Source of the DNA: Acidimicrobiia bacterium
GTDB taxonomy: Bacteria; Actinomycetota; Acidimicrobiia; Acidimicrobiales; JANYDT01
Direction: 5' to 3'
Length of the DNA stretch: 56,134 nucleotides
Assembly (NCBI GenBank): GCA_031381685.1
Contig: JANMYF010000370.1
Span: 1 to 56,134, forward strand
The position numbers were made by a program, and so were the translations under genes. The notes beneath the pieces were generated by a model that was given only the letters and a program-made list of their open reading frames with translations, was not told where the DNA came from and did no database searches. The first letter of the stretch is position 1. Every line of letters begins with the position of its first letter. Positions 1 through 9,924 of this stretch are shown piece by piece.

Positions 1-947
1 CCGAGCTTTGCGTTCTTTCCTGCAAGCACGACGTTCTGCATGCTCGACGGGTCGATGCTGCGGGCGATCTGGGCCAGCGTGAGCATGTCGGTCGGCTTCA
101 GGTTGGTGTCGGTGTTGGCCTGGAGGATGCGGATCCACTTCACCAGCCCGGGCGCGTCGCTCACCTCTTCACGAAGCTTGGCGAGCGAGTAGAGCAGGAG
201 CGAGCCCTGGTTGAACGACCGGGTGAAGTCGCCGTTGGCCACGCCCTTGCGGTTGCGGGAGAACGCCAGGGCAGCCTGGCCGTTCATGGCGAACCAACCC
301 TTCTGGAACGTCGCTCCGGAGACGGTGTCGTTCATGGCCGGATCGACGAGCACGTTCACACCGCCGATCTCATCGACCATCTTCACGAAGCCGCCGAAGC
401 CGGTGATGATGTAGTCCTCGACCTTGAGACCGGACAGCCGGTTGATGGCATCGACGAGCTCCTTGGGTCCGCCAGTCGAGAGGGTCTCGGTGAGCTTGCG
501 CTCCCCTTTGGCCGTCGGGACGATCGAGTCCCTCGGGAAGCCGACGAGGATGCCCTTGTTGAACGCCGGATTCCACAGCAGCAGGTGGATCGAGTCGGCG
601 CGGGTTCGACTGACCGGCTGACCATCTCGAGCGTCGGATCCGACGATGAGGAGCTTCAGGATCTTGTTGCTCGGCACGATCTTCGTGGTGGCGGCCTCGA
701 AGCTCTTTTCGCCGACCAGACTGGCGTCACCCGAGGGCACGTCCCAGAAGAACGGTGCCGCCGGCTTCGGGGGTCGCCCGTTCGGGGACCGCAACACCTT
801 GTTGGGCTTCTTCGCCTTCGTCGTCTTCGTCGTCTTCTTCGTCGTCTTCGTCGCGGCGAGCACCGGACCAACAGTGAGTGCTGCGGTGAGCGATGCCGCG
901 AGCAGCGCGAAGCCGAGACGACGTGATGTGGTGAGGGGTCGTGTCAT
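1..947 (-). CDS. LCP (LytR-CpsA-Psr) family cell-wall ligase, 3'-truncated by the window edge
   Basis: Translated by hand from ATG at 947, with SD AGGAG upstream. N-terminal signal/TM segment, then LIVGSDAR, RADSIHLL, FPRDS, GFGGFVKMVDEIGGV, ALAFSRNR and GDFTRSFNQ, all typical LCP motifs. Absent from the ORF track because it runs off the window. Confidence 0.88.
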   Translation of the reverse strand, partial: MTRPLTTSRRLGFALLAASLTAALTVGPVLAATKTTKKTTKTTKAKKPNKVLRSPNGRPPKPAAPFFWDVPSGDASLVGEKSFEAATTKIVPSNKILKLLIVGSDARDGQPVSRTRADSIHLLLWNPAFNKGILVGFPRDSIVPTAKGERKLTETLSTGGPKELVDAINRLSGLKVEDYIITGFGGFVKMVDEIGGVNVLVDPAMNDTVSGATFQKGWFAMNGQAALAFSRNRKGVANGDFTRSFNQGSLLLYSLAKLREEVSDAPGLVKWIRILQANTDTNLKPTDMLTLAQIARSIDPSSMQNVVLAGKNAKL

Positions 948-1209
948 GAAGATTCTCCTATGGAGCCGATCCCGATTCGGGATTGCCGATCGTTGGTATC
1001 GGGCATGCACCGGCGGATACGTGTGCCCCGGTGTCGGAACCATCAAACCCTAGGCGTGTGAGGATCCCATGACGGGGACCTGAGGGGCTTGGGACACCTG
1101 TCGGGTCGATTCTTCTCTCATGAGAACGCTTGCTGCGCCACGAGGAGTTAGCCGGATCGCAACCTTGCTGGCGCACGTCGCGGCGGAGGAGCGTTTAACC
1201 TGCCGGGTC

Positions 1210-2145
1210 GTGAGCGCAGCCTTCCACGCTAATGGTCTCGATGCCTGGCGGATCCGTCCCCAGCACCCTTTCAAGCTTGCGGCAATCGATCCCGCCTCGA
1301 CCCCCGACGCCCCGGGCGACCGCTCCGCAACGGACGCAGCATCCAATGAACTGCGGAAACGACTCAGGGTGGTCCAGGACCGATTCATGGCGGAGCAGGA
1401 GCGCAGCGTCCTGGTCGTCCTGCAGGCCATGGATGGCGGGGGCAAGGACGGCACGGTGAAGAGCCTGTACCTGGGCATGCATCCGGTAGGCGCCGAGGTG
1501 ACGAGTTGGGGGGTTCCGACAGAACACGAGCTGGCGCACGACTTCCTGTGGCGGATCCACCAACGAATGCCGGCGAAGGGCAAGATCGGCATCTTCAACC
1601 GTTCCCACTACGAAGATGTTCTCGCCGTCCGGGTCCGCAAGCTCAAACCGCCGAGCGTCTGGCAGCACCGCTACACGATCATCAACAGCTTCGAAGAAGG
1701 GCTCGAGGCCGAGGGCACGACAGTCGTCAAGGTCATGCTCCACATTTCCCGTCAGGAGCAGGCGAACCGTCTCCAGGCCCGCGTCGATCGTCTCGACAAG
1801 CGCTGGAAGTTCCGCCTCGGCGACCTCGAGGATCGTGAGCTGTGGCCGAGCTACCAGCGGGCCTATGACGACGCGATCGAGAAGACGTCCACCACACATG
1901 CGCCGTGGTTCGTCGTGCCGGCGGACAAGAAGTGGTATCGCGACTTCGCGGTCCTGACCATCCTTACGTCGGTCCTCGACACGCTCAAGCCGGCCTATCC
2001 GCCGCGCCACGACCTTGACGGAGTCGTCGTGCCCGGGGCGGTTCGACCGGCTGTGACCCAGAAGCCGCCCAAGAAACCGAAAGCACCGAAGGCCGCCATC
2101 TCCTGGGTAGCGCCGAACGACTCGAACGGAGGAGATACGGAATGA
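1210..2145 (+). CDS. ppk2: Polyphosphate kinase 2 (PPK2, class III-like)
   Basis: QAMDGGGKDG Walker A, HDFLWR, FNRSHYEDVL, KRWKF and PADKKWYR. Start uncertain (ORF opens at 1120; GTG 1210 chosen). Confidence 0.92.
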   Translation: MSAAFHANGLDAWRIRPQHPFKLAAIDPASTPDAPGDRSATDAASNELRKRLRVVQDRFMAEQERSVLVVLQAMDGGGKDGTVKSLYLGMHPVGAEVTSWGVPTEHELAHDFLWRIHQRMPAKGKIGIFNRSHYEDVLAVRVRKLKPPSVWQHRYTIINSFEEGLEAEGTTVVKVMLHISRQEQANRLQARVDRLDKRWKFRLGDLEDRELWPSYQRAYDDAIEKTSTTHAPWFVVPADKKWYRDFAVLTILTSVLDTLKPAYPPRHDLDGVVVPGAVRPAVTQKPPKKPKAPKAAISWVAPNDSNGGDTE

Positions 2146-2888
2146 ACGCAGCCGAACTCGCCAGCTCCACGGCGGCGCCGATCAACGCAATCGGGGCGAA
2201 GTTCATGTTGATCCCGGAGACGAACGAGATCGGCGCCGAACTCGGCTTCTCCCACCCGTTCGCGTTCTACACAGCGGGGCGGGGCGGCGTCCTGGGCGAC
2301 GTCGATGCCGACGTCATCATCTCCGCGTTCGGGTTCTTCGCGCCGAGCCTGATCCGCAAGTTCTGGGATTCGTCCAAGGCCGTCATGTCGCCGCGACAGG
2401 CCGGGTCGGCGTTCGCCGGCGCTGCTCAGACGTGGGGTCGACGTCATCTCATCGGCCTCGACGGCCTGGAGAGGGTCTGCGAACTGGGCGAGAGGATCAT
2501 CGAGGCCGCGGACTGTTCGGCGCTCGCTCTGTTCGCCGGTTGGCGATCCGAGCCCCTGGCCGCCGACGCCCCCGCTCGCGCCTATCAGGTCCTCCATGTG
2601 CTCCGCGAGCACCGCGGCAGCGCGCACATCGTTGCCGTCCTGGCGGCAGGGCTCACGCCGTTCCAGGCGCACTTCGGCAAGCTCGGCGAGGCGGGGCTGA
2701 AGAACTTCGGCTGGCGCGATTGGCGCACCGATCTTCTCGACATCGCCGGGATGGAGAACCGTCTCGCCCAGGCCGAGGAGCTGACTACCGAGCTCATCAC
2801 TCCGGCATTCAGTGCGCTCTCCGCCGCCGAAGCGACCGAGTTCGCTGCGCTGGTCGCGGCCGTTCACGAACACACATCAGCGGCGTGA
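2142..2888 (+). CDS. SCO6745-family (EvbL-like) hypothetical protein
   Basis: FYTAGRGGVLGDV..VIISAFGFF and LREHRGSAH motifs. ATGA overlap with the ppk2 stop. Confidence 0.8.
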   Translation: MNAAELASSTAAPINAIGAKFMLIPETNEIGAELGFSHPFAFYTAGRGGVLGDVDADVIISAFGFFAPSLIRKFWDSSKAVMSPRQAGSAFAGAAQTWGRRHLIGLDGLERVCELGERIIEAADCSALALFAGWRSEPLAADAPARAYQVLHVLREHRGSAHIVAVLAAGLTPFQAHFGKLGEAGLKNFGWRDWRTDLLDIAGMENRLAQAEELTTELITPAFSALSAAEATEFAALVAAVHEHTSAA

Positions 2889-2910
2889 GCTACGCCTGAC
2901 CGGACCAGGG

Positions 2911-3825
2911 TCAGCCGGCGGCGCGCTTGCGCGGATCGGCGGGTGCCGCCCTCGCCTCGAGCACAGCGTCGCTGATGCGGCCGAGGGTGGCAACGAGATC
3001 GTCGAGCCCGGAGCCGATCGCCTCGATCAGGCGCGCCTGGCCGAGGTCGGTCGCCGACTCGATGGCATCGCGCGCAGCGCGTCCGGCTGTCGTGAGCGTC
3101 CCGCCATCGGCCATCCAACCTCGCCCGGTCAGGCTTTCGACCGCTGACGCCAACGACGCTGCGTCGAAGCCGCGGGTGGAGGAGTACTCACCCACCGGGT
3201 AGCCCAGCCAGACCTCCGTGAGCACGTTCATCTCGGCCATGTCGAGCCCGGCGACGGCGCACGCTGCGAGGTGCGTGTCCCCGCGGTGCTCGCGGACCAG
3301 TTCGGCGGCACGCCACAGCCGACCGTACGAGTCGTCCGGTACGGCGAGCGCCTGCAGCGCGCCGAACAGGTGCCGCGGCCCGGGCTCGATGGTCGAGACC
3401 GCAGCGAGCAGCGTCGCGCCCGCCGTGGAGATCACGTTCTCGTCGATTCCCGACGTCGCATGGCGCAGCCCCGCCGCGGCACCGGAGGAGCGGCTGGCCA
3501 GCACGGCGGCGCGCGACGAAATGCTCCGGCCGTGCTCATAGACCGGGCCGACCAGGGCACCGTTGAACACCCCGAACGCCGAGATGACCACCGGTGTGGC
3601 AACGTCTGCTCCGAGAGCAGCCGCCCGCCCCCACACATAGCCGTCGAAGAAGTCATGGCCCAGCGCGAGCGCCGCCTCGGCCGCCGAACGAGACCACCAA
3701 CCGATCGTGGCGATCGGCTCGATGGCGTCGCGCAATCGTCGAGCCGGGGAGGAGGGCGGCATGACCGCAGTCGGTTCGGCCCCCGTCGGTGTGAGGAAGA
3801 TCCCGGCGATCATGTCGTAGTCCAT
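2911..3825 (-). CDS. SCO6745-family hypothetical protein (second, convergent homolog)
   Basis: RRLRDAIEP, YVWGRAAALG..SAFGVF, LWRAAELVREHRGDTH and IESATD. ATG 3825 chosen. Confidence 0.82.
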   Translation of the reverse strand: MDYDMIAGIFLTPTGAEPTAVMPPSSPARRLRDAIEPIATIGWWSRSAAEAALALGHDFFDGYVWGRAAALGADVATPVVISAFGVFNGALVGPVYEHGRSISSRAAVLASRSSGAAAGLRHATSGIDENVISTAGATLLAAVSTIEPGPRHLFGALQALAVPDDSYGRLWRAAELVREHRGDTHLAACAVAGLDMAEMNVLTEVWLGYPVGEYSSTRGFDAASLASAVESLTGRGWMADGGTLTTAGRAARDAIESATDLGQARLIEAIGSGLDDLVATLGRISDAVLEARAAPADPRKRAAG

Positions 3826-4141
3826 GCGCCCATCTTGACGGCTCATCGCAGGCTCGGAGAATGCACGCGAATTGCCTGGTGCCACGCCCGGCGGCGCAGA
3901 AGCCACACAGCGCGCCGATCACGAAGCCCGGCGGGTGACCTCCCTGTGCATGGTCGCCTTGCGTCATCGGCCCGATGCAAACCGAAGGAGCCTTCAAGCC
4001 GATCCGATCCGATCCGACCGACATGGCGAACATCGAGCCCTTGCGTTCAGCAACCAACCATCGGGTTTGGCGATCCCCTGTGTCGTGATGGGAACGACGG
4101 GCACCTGCGAAGGCCCTGCGCTCGCGGCCATGATCGTGGGC

Positions 4142-5341
4142 ATGAAGATCACCGGTATCGAGACCTTCGTCGTTGGCAACCCGCCGCCGCGCTTCGGCGG
4201 CCGATACTGGATCTTCCTGAAGCTGACGACCGACAGCGGAGTGACCGGGGTCGGCGAGGTCTACGCCGCGACGTTCTCCCCCGCCATCGTCGCCGACATG
4301 ATCGTCGACGTTGCCGAGCGTCATCTGATCGACCACGACCCGTTCCGGATCGAGACGATGTGGCGAAGCGTCTACGGCCGGGGATACACGATGCGACCGG
4401 ATCTCAGCCTGGTAAGCGTGCTCAGCGGGTTGGAGATGGCGTGCTGGGACATCATCGGCAAGGAGTGCAACAAGCCGGTCTACGAACTTCTCGGCGGACG
4501 CGTCCACGAGAAGCTTCGTACGTACACGTACCTTTACCCGCCAGCCGGCGTCGACGCCCATCCCGACGATCCCGTGTACTCCGACCCCGACGTCTGCGCC
4601 GCTGCTGCGGTCCGGGCGATGGAGCAGGGCTTCACCGCGGTCAAGTTCGACCCCGTCGGAGGCTACGGCGTGTTCGATCCCCGCCAGCCGTCGCTTGAAG
4701 CGATGGACCGGTGCGAAGCGATGGTGCGTGCCGTTCGCCGCGCCGTCGGGCCCAAGGTCGACATCCTCTTCGGCACCCACGGTCAGTTCACCGCGGCCGG
4801 CGCGATCCGCCTGGCCCGCCGGCTCGAGTCCTACGATCCGCTCTGGTTCGAAGAACCCACACCACCCGAGATGCCCGAGGAGATGGCCAAGGTCGCCCGA
4901 CAGACCACCATCCCCATCTCCACCGGCGAGCGCCTGACCACCAAGTACGAATTCGCCCGCGTGCTGCAGACCGGCGCCGCCTCGATCCTCCAGCTCAACC
5001 TCGCCCGCTGTGGCGGACTGCTCGAAGGGAAGAAGATCGCGTCGATGGCCGAAGCCCACTACGCCCAGATCGCCCCGCACCTCTACAACGGCCCCATCGG
5101 CGGCGCGGCAAACATCGCGCTGAGCGCATGCTCGCCGAACTTCTTGATCCTTGAAGGCATCCAGAACTGGACCGGCTTCCACGCCGAGATCCTCCGCACG
5201 CCGGTGAAGTGGGAGAACGGATACGTGATCCCGTCGTCCGAACCGGGCCTCGGGGTGGACCTCGACGTCGACGTGGCCCGGGCGAACCCCTACGTCGGCA
5301 CCGAGCTCATGCTCGAACCGGCGCCACAACCGCTGGGCTAG
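4142..5341 (+). CDS. Mandelate racemase/muconate lactonizing enzyme family protein (enolase superfamily)
   Basis: MKITGIETF start, GVGE, SGLEMACWDIIGK..PVYELLGG, KFD, WFEEP, TGE, APH and PGLG. Confidence 0.9.
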   Translation: MKITGIETFVVGNPPPRFGGRYWIFLKLTTDSGVTGVGEVYAATFSPAIVADMIVDVAERHLIDHDPFRIETMWRSVYGRGYTMRPDLSLVSVLSGLEMACWDIIGKECNKPVYELLGGRVHEKLRTYTYLYPPAGVDAHPDDPVYSDPDVCAAAAVRAMEQGFTAVKFDPVGGYGVFDPRQPSLEAMDRCEAMVRAVRRAVGPKVDILFGTHGQFTAAGAIRLARRLESYDPLWFEEPTPPEMPEEMAKVARQTTIPISTGERLTTKYEFARVLQTGAASILQLNLARCGGLLEGKKIASMAEAHYAQIAPHLYNGPIGGAANIALSACSPNFLILEGIQNWTGFHAEILRTPVKWENGYVIPSSEPGLGVDLDVDVARANPYVGTELMLEPAPQPLG

Positions 5342-5355
5342 GGAACCTGGGGAGT

Positions 5356-5394
5356 TGTCGCGCCGGGTCGCTCCTGGAGCGACCGAGCGCGACA
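5356..5394. terminator. 39-bp hairpin between convergent genes, possible bidirectional terminator
   Basis: TGTCGCGC-cg-GGTCGCTCC-t-GGAGCGACC-ga-GCGCGACA lies between the stops at 5341 and 5413. No U-tract. Confidence 0.55.
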
Positions 5395-5412
5395 CGTCGG
5401 TGACGAACGTGG

Positions 5413-7050
5413 CTAGCGGAGCTCGATCAGGTCGAGCATCTTCTCGTCGTAGTGCAGCAGCGCGCCCTCGGGCATCATCAGCACACCGTTCGGAGCGAGC
5501 TGAGTGACGAACTCGGTGTCGTGGCTGACGAGGATCACCGTGCCGGTGTAGTTCTGCAGGGCCGCCAGGACGGCCTCGCGTGATGGCGGGTCAAGGTTGT
5601 TCGTGGGCTCGTCGAGGAGCAGGACGTTGCTGCGACCGATCATCAGGCGGGCGAGCGACAGCTTGGTCTTCTCGCCACCGGACAGCGTCTCGGCATCCTG
5701 GTCGGCCACGTCGCCGACGAGACCGAAGTGTCCGAGCAGGGCGCGCAGGATCGGGTCAGGAACCGTCGGCCCGGCCTCACGCAACAGCGCGAGAACGCTG
5801 CGGCCGCCCCGAAGGTCCTCGTGTTCCTGGGCGTAGAAGCCGAGCTTGACGTTGGCGCCGAGAACGATCTCGCCGGCATCCTTCTCGTAGACCCCGGCGA
5901 TCGTGCGGAGCAGCGTGGTCTTGCCGGCACCGTTGAGGCCGAGGACAAGAAAGCGATCACCACGCGACACTGTGAAGTTGACCTTGGCGAAGATCACCGT
6001 GTCGTCGAATGCCTTGGCCAGGTCTTCGACTCGCAGTGCCATGTCGCCGGCGCGGACCGGCTCGGGGAAGCGCACCTTCATCTTGCGGCGCTTCACGACC
6101 ATCGCGTCGGACGGGCGCCCCTTGTTCATCTGCTCGATCCGCTTCAGCAGCGCATTGCGCTTCTGGACGTGGGTGGCGTTGGCGCCGCGGAACTTGTCGA
6201 TCGTCTTCTCGAGGCGCGTCACTTCCTTGTCGAAGTTCGCCTGCTCACGATCGCGCTGTGACTCCCGTTCCTCGCGCTGGGCGAGAAACTGAGTGTACGT
6301 ACCTTTGTACTCATCGATACGAGCGTTCTCTAGCGCGATCACGCGATCGATGGCGGAGTCCATCAGCTCGATGTCGTGGCTGACCACGAGGATCGTCGAC
6401 TTCGAGCTCTTCAGGAACTCCATGACCCAGTTCTTGGCATCGACGTCGAGGTGGTTCGTCGGTTCGTCGAGCACCAGCAGATCGCCACCGGCCAACAGCA
6501 GACGCGCTAACTCGAGGCGACGACGCTGACCACCGGAGAGCATCCCGACCTCTCGCAGCAGCGCGTCCTCGTCGAGCCCGACGCCGGCCGCCATCCGCTC
6601 GGCGTCCGATTCGAGCTGGTAACCGCCGAGCGTGCGGAACCGCTCCTCGAGGTTGGTGAACTTCCGAACGGCCTTGTCGAGGACCTCGTCGGCGCCGTCG
6701 ATGCCCGCACCCATGTCGATGCCGGCTTTCTCGATCCGCTGCTGCCAGTCCTCCATCTGCACCTGCATCTGGCGCAACGGTGAGCCGTCGAGGAGATGAT
6801 CGAAGACCAACTTGCCGGCGTCCTCGGGACGCGCCGACACGTCCTGGCGGAGCCAGCCGCGGTGCTCAGGGAGCGTCACGGTGCCCCCGTTGGGCTTGCG
6901 TTCACCGGCGATGGTGCGGAGCATCGTGGTCTTGCCGGCGCCGTTCGGCCCGACGAGCGCGACCTTCTCCCCTGCGCCGAGGCGGAACGATGCGCCGTTC
7001 AGCAGGACCCGGTGGCCGAGGTCGATACGGAGATTGGTTACCTCAAGCAC
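5413..7050 (-). CDS. ABC-F family ATP-binding protein
   Basis: Two NBDs (GPNGAGKTT/LSGGQ/LDEPTNHLD and GLNGAGKTT/LSGGE/LDEPTNNLD) with a helical linker and no TM segments. GTG 7050 chosen. Confidence 0.93.
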   Translation of the reverse strand: MLEVTNLRIDLGHRVLLNGASFRLGAGEKVALVGPNGAGKTTMLRTIAGERKPNGGTVTLPEHRGWLRQDVSARPEDAGKLVFDHLLDGSPLRQMQVQMEDWQQRIEKAGIDMGAGIDGADEVLDKAVRKFTNLEERFRTLGGYQLESDAERMAAGVGLDEDALLREVGMLSGGQRRRLELARLLLAGGDLLVLDEPTNHLDVDAKNWVMEFLKSSKSTILVVSHDIELMDSAIDRVIALENARIDEYKGTYTQFLAQREERESQRDREQANFDKEVTRLEKTIDKFRGANATHVQKRNALLKRIEQMNKGRPSDAMVVKRRKMKVRFPEPVRAGDMALRVEDLAKAFDDTVIFAKVNFTVSRGDRFLVLGLNGAGKTTLLRTIAGVYEKDAGEIVLGANVKLGFYAQEHEDLRGGRSVLALLREAGPTVPDPILRALLGHFGLVGDVADQDAETLSGGEKTKLSLARLMIGRSNVLLLDEPTNNLDPPSREAVLAALQNYTGTVILVSHDTEFVTQLAPNGVLMMPEGALLHYDEKMLDLIELR

Positions 7051-7291
7051 GGTGCCAACAACCTTGCGAACCGTACGCAGGGGTCGTGATGGCGACCGGA
7101 TCCGGATCGACGACGAATCGGTCGACCGGGAGACTGGAGATGGTGGCGACCGCAAGCACAGCCCATCAAGGTTACGGGGTCGTGGCTGTACGGCCGCGCA
7201 CCGCGGCGGCAATGTGCCCGACGTCGCTCGTCCGGCCGCAGCAGACCAGACTGAAGGACATGGTTTCGTCGTTCGTCCCGCGGGTTCGTTG

Positions 7292-7732
7292 ATGCGACGG
7301 TCAACGCTGTTCAACCTGGACGCCCTCTTCGAGCTGATCGTCGGATTCGTGCTGGTGTTCAACCCGCTGCTCGGCCCCGTCCTCCCCGCACCGGGCTGGC
7401 TGGTGGCCCTCGTGGGCGTCGGTCTGCTCGTCGCCGCGTGTGTCATCGGGCGGGCCGGCATGGGAAAGGGTGCTCTGGTCAGCCGCATTCGTCCGTTCGG
7501 AGCAGCGAACATTGCGACCGGTCTCGCGGCCGGAGTGTGGGCAGTTGTTGCGTGCGACGCCGGTGGGCGCATCCTCGTCCTCATCATCGCCGCCGGCCTC
7601 GTCGCCCTCGGTGCGGCCCAGTTCGCGGCCGGGGGCCGCGACGAGGCGCCCGGACGCATCGGTCGCACCAACACCACCCGGGCAACGGCCGACGAGCTCT
7701 CTCGAGCCCTCCACCAGAAGTCGTCCGAGTGA
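7292..7732 (+). CDS. Hypothetical membrane protein (about 4 TM)
   Basis: Four hydrophobic segments from MRRSTLFNL. It fills the gap between the ABC-F gene and menG. Confidence 0.6.
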   Translation: MRRSTLFNLDALFELIVGFVLVFNPLLGPVLPAPGWLVALVGVGLLVAACVIGRAGMGKGALVSRIRPFGAANIATGLAAGVWAVVACDAGGRILVLIIAAGLVALGAAQFAAGGRDEAPGRIGRTNTTRATADELSRALHQKSSE

Positions 7733-7835
7733 GCCGGTTCCGAGCCGTCGGCACACACGCGACGTGTCGCGGATCACAGCAGAGCATCAAAGCGAGCAGG
7801 GTGCAACGCACCGACCGGCCCTAGCCTGGACGTTC

Positions 7836-8561
7836 GTGTCCTCCGGTCCGCCGTCCAGCCCCACCATCGACCTCTCCGAGGGTCTTCCGACGGGTGACGC
7901 CAAGACCAAGGCGGTTCGTGACATGTTCGACACGATCAGCCCTCGGTACGACCTCGTCAACCGGGTGATGACGTTCCGGCTCGACGTGGCGTGGCGCCGT
8001 CGCACCATCGACTCACTCGGTCTCCCCGCCGGCTCCCGGATCCTCGACCTGGCGGCCGGTACCGGCGACTTCTGCCGGGACCTCACCGCCCGTGGATTCG
8101 ACGCCATCGGCATGGATCTGTCGTTCGGCATGCTGCACCACGCCCGCACGTCCAGCCCCCTCGTGCAGTGCGACGCCCTGCACCTCCCGGTGCCGTCGGG
8201 AGCCGTCGACGGGGTCACCTGTGGCTTTGCTCTCCGGAACTTCACCGACCTCGGCGCGTTCTTCGACGAGACAGCGCGCGTCGTGCGGCCCGGCGGACGT
8301 ATCGCGTTCCTCGACGCGGCGTCTCCGGAGAACCCGCTTCTCCGCTTCGGTCACGGGATCTATTTCGGACGAATCGTGCCGTTGATCGGCAGCGCGCTGA
8401 GCGACAGCACCGCCTACCGATACCTTCCGAAGTCGCTCGCGTACCTGCCCGACCCACCGGTCATGCTCGATCGTCTCCGCTCCGCCGGGTTCTCCGGTGT
8501 CCAGCGTCGGCTCCTGCTCGGCGGCGCCGCGCAGCTCATCGTGGGGACCAGACAGGGATGA
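7836..8561 (+). CDS. menG: Demethylmenaquinone methyltransferase (UbiE/MenG)
   Basis: VRDMFDTISPRYDLVNRVM, LDLAAGTGD, FALRN, RPGG and AYRYLPKS. Confidence 0.9.
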   Translation: MSSGPPSSPTIDLSEGLPTGDAKTKAVRDMFDTISPRYDLVNRVMTFRLDVAWRRRTIDSLGLPAGSRILDLAAGTGDFCRDLTARGFDAIGMDLSFGMLHHARTSSPLVQCDALHLPVPSGAVDGVTCGFALRNFTDLGAFFDETARVVRPGGRIAFLDAASPENPLLRFGHGIYFGRIVPLIGSALSDSTAYRYLPKSLAYLPDPPVMLDRLRSAGFSGVQRRLLLGGAAQLIVGTRQG

Positions 8562-9916
8562 ACACCGAGACACGCTCCGCCGGCGAGATCACCCCGCCGG
8601 TCGTACGCACACCTACGGTCACAGGACCACAGGACGCGTCGCAGTGGACCGCCGTCACGCGTCCGCTGCCTGAGGAGATGGCCAAGGAGCTCGATCTGCT
8701 GGCCTTTGCCGGTGACGAAGGCATGCTCTTCATGCGCGACGGTGTCGGGTTGGCGGCCCGTGGCAGCGCCTTTCGCATCCCGGTCCCGGGGGGCGCTGCG
8801 GCGGTCGGCCACGTCCGCGCGATCCTCGGCGCGGTCGTCGCCGACGATCCGATGCACCGAGCCGCCTCTGGACCCGTGGCCATCGGCGCACTCGCGTTCC
8901 TTCCCCATGACCCGGGGTACCTCACGGTGCCTGAACTTCTGGTGGCGAAGTCGAGCGATGGCACCGCGTGGATGACCCGGGTGCACGCCACCGAGGTCGA
9001 CGCCGCGCAAGGCGTCGAGCACGGCTCGCGGCTCGAATCGTCGGAGATGGTCGGCCCAACGAGCGCGGCATGGTCGCCGCACGGCTTCGACCTGCACTCG
9101 ACGGTCACCCATGAGCAGTGGTGCGATCGCATCGCCACCGCCGTCGCCGCCATCAACGAGGGACCCCTCGAGAAGGTCGTGCTCGCCCGCGCCGTCGATG
9201 TCGAGGCCACCGGACCGCTCATCATCGGCGAGATCCTCGGCCGCCTCCGGGCACTGTTCCCGAGCTGCATGGTGTTCCACGTCGAAGGGTTCCTCGGCGC
9301 CAGCCCCGAGCTCCTCGTGAGTCGCAAGGGTTCAGCCGTTCGGGCCCATCCGCTGGCCGGAACGATCGCCCGGTCCGGCGATCCCGAGACCGATGCCCGA
9401 TTGGCGGCGAGCCTGCTGGCGTCGTCGAAGGATCGATGGGAACACTCGCTCGTCATCGACGCGATGGCGGCGCTGCTCCGGCCTCTCTGCGACGAACTCG
9501 ACGTGCCCCGGACCCCGACGGTGCTGTCGCTACGCAACGTCTCTCACCTCGCGACGCTCATCACTGGCTCGCTGCGCGCCGATCAGGTCCACGACCGAAC
9601 GTCGCCCACCGCCCTTGAACTCGCCGGGCTCCTGCACCCAACTCCCGCGGTCGGCGGAGTCCCCGTCGAACTCGCCCTGGCCACGATCAGCGAGCTCGAG
9701 CCGGTGCCGCGCGGCCGCTACGCCGGTCCGGTCGGCTGGGTCGACGCCGCCGGCAACGGTGAGTGGGCCGTCGGACTGCGTTCTGCACAGGTGAGCGGTA
9801 ATCGGGCCCGGATGCACGCGGGCGGTGGCATCGTGGCCGACTCCGATCCCCTGGCCGAGCTCACCGAGACCCAGCTCAAGCTGCAGGCTCTGCTCGCCGC
9901 CGTCGTGCGCCCATAG
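8558..9916 (+). CDS. menF: Isochorismate synthase
   Basis: KVVLAR, FLGASPELL, PLAGT, KDRWEH, LHPTPAVGG, RGRYAGPVGW, AGGGIV and ETQLK. ATGA overlap with menG. Confidence 0.9.
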   Translation: MNTETRSAGEITPPVVRTPTVTGPQDASQWTAVTRPLPEEMAKELDLLAFAGDEGMLFMRDGVGLAARGSAFRIPVPGGAAAVGHVRAILGAVVADDPMHRAASGPVAIGALAFLPHDPGYLTVPELLVAKSSDGTAWMTRVHATEVDAAQGVEHGSRLESSEMVGPTSAAWSPHGFDLHSTVTHEQWCDRIATAVAAINEGPLEKVVLARAVDVEATGPLIIGEILGRLRALFPSCMVFHVEGFLGASPELLVSRKGSAVRAHPLAGTIARSGDPETDARLAASLLASSKDRWEHSLVIDAMAALLRPLCDELDVPRTPTVLSLRNVSHLATLITGSLRADQVHDRTSPTALELAGLLHPTPAVGGVPVELALATISELEPVPRGRYAGPVGWVDAAGNGEWAVGLRSAQVSGNRARMHAGGGIVADSDPLAELTETQLKLQALLAAVVRP

Positions 9917-9924
9917 AGCATGCC

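Noticed and set aside
806-852. CTTCGTCGT tandem repeat
   Set aside because: It encodes the Lys/Thr-rich linker (TKTTKKTTKTTKAKK) of the LCP protein on the minus strand.
969-983. ATCCCGA-T-TCGGGAT palindrome upstream of the LCP gene
   Set aside because: A single 7-bp-arm palindrome with no second copy or cognate regulator nearby is too weak to call an operator.
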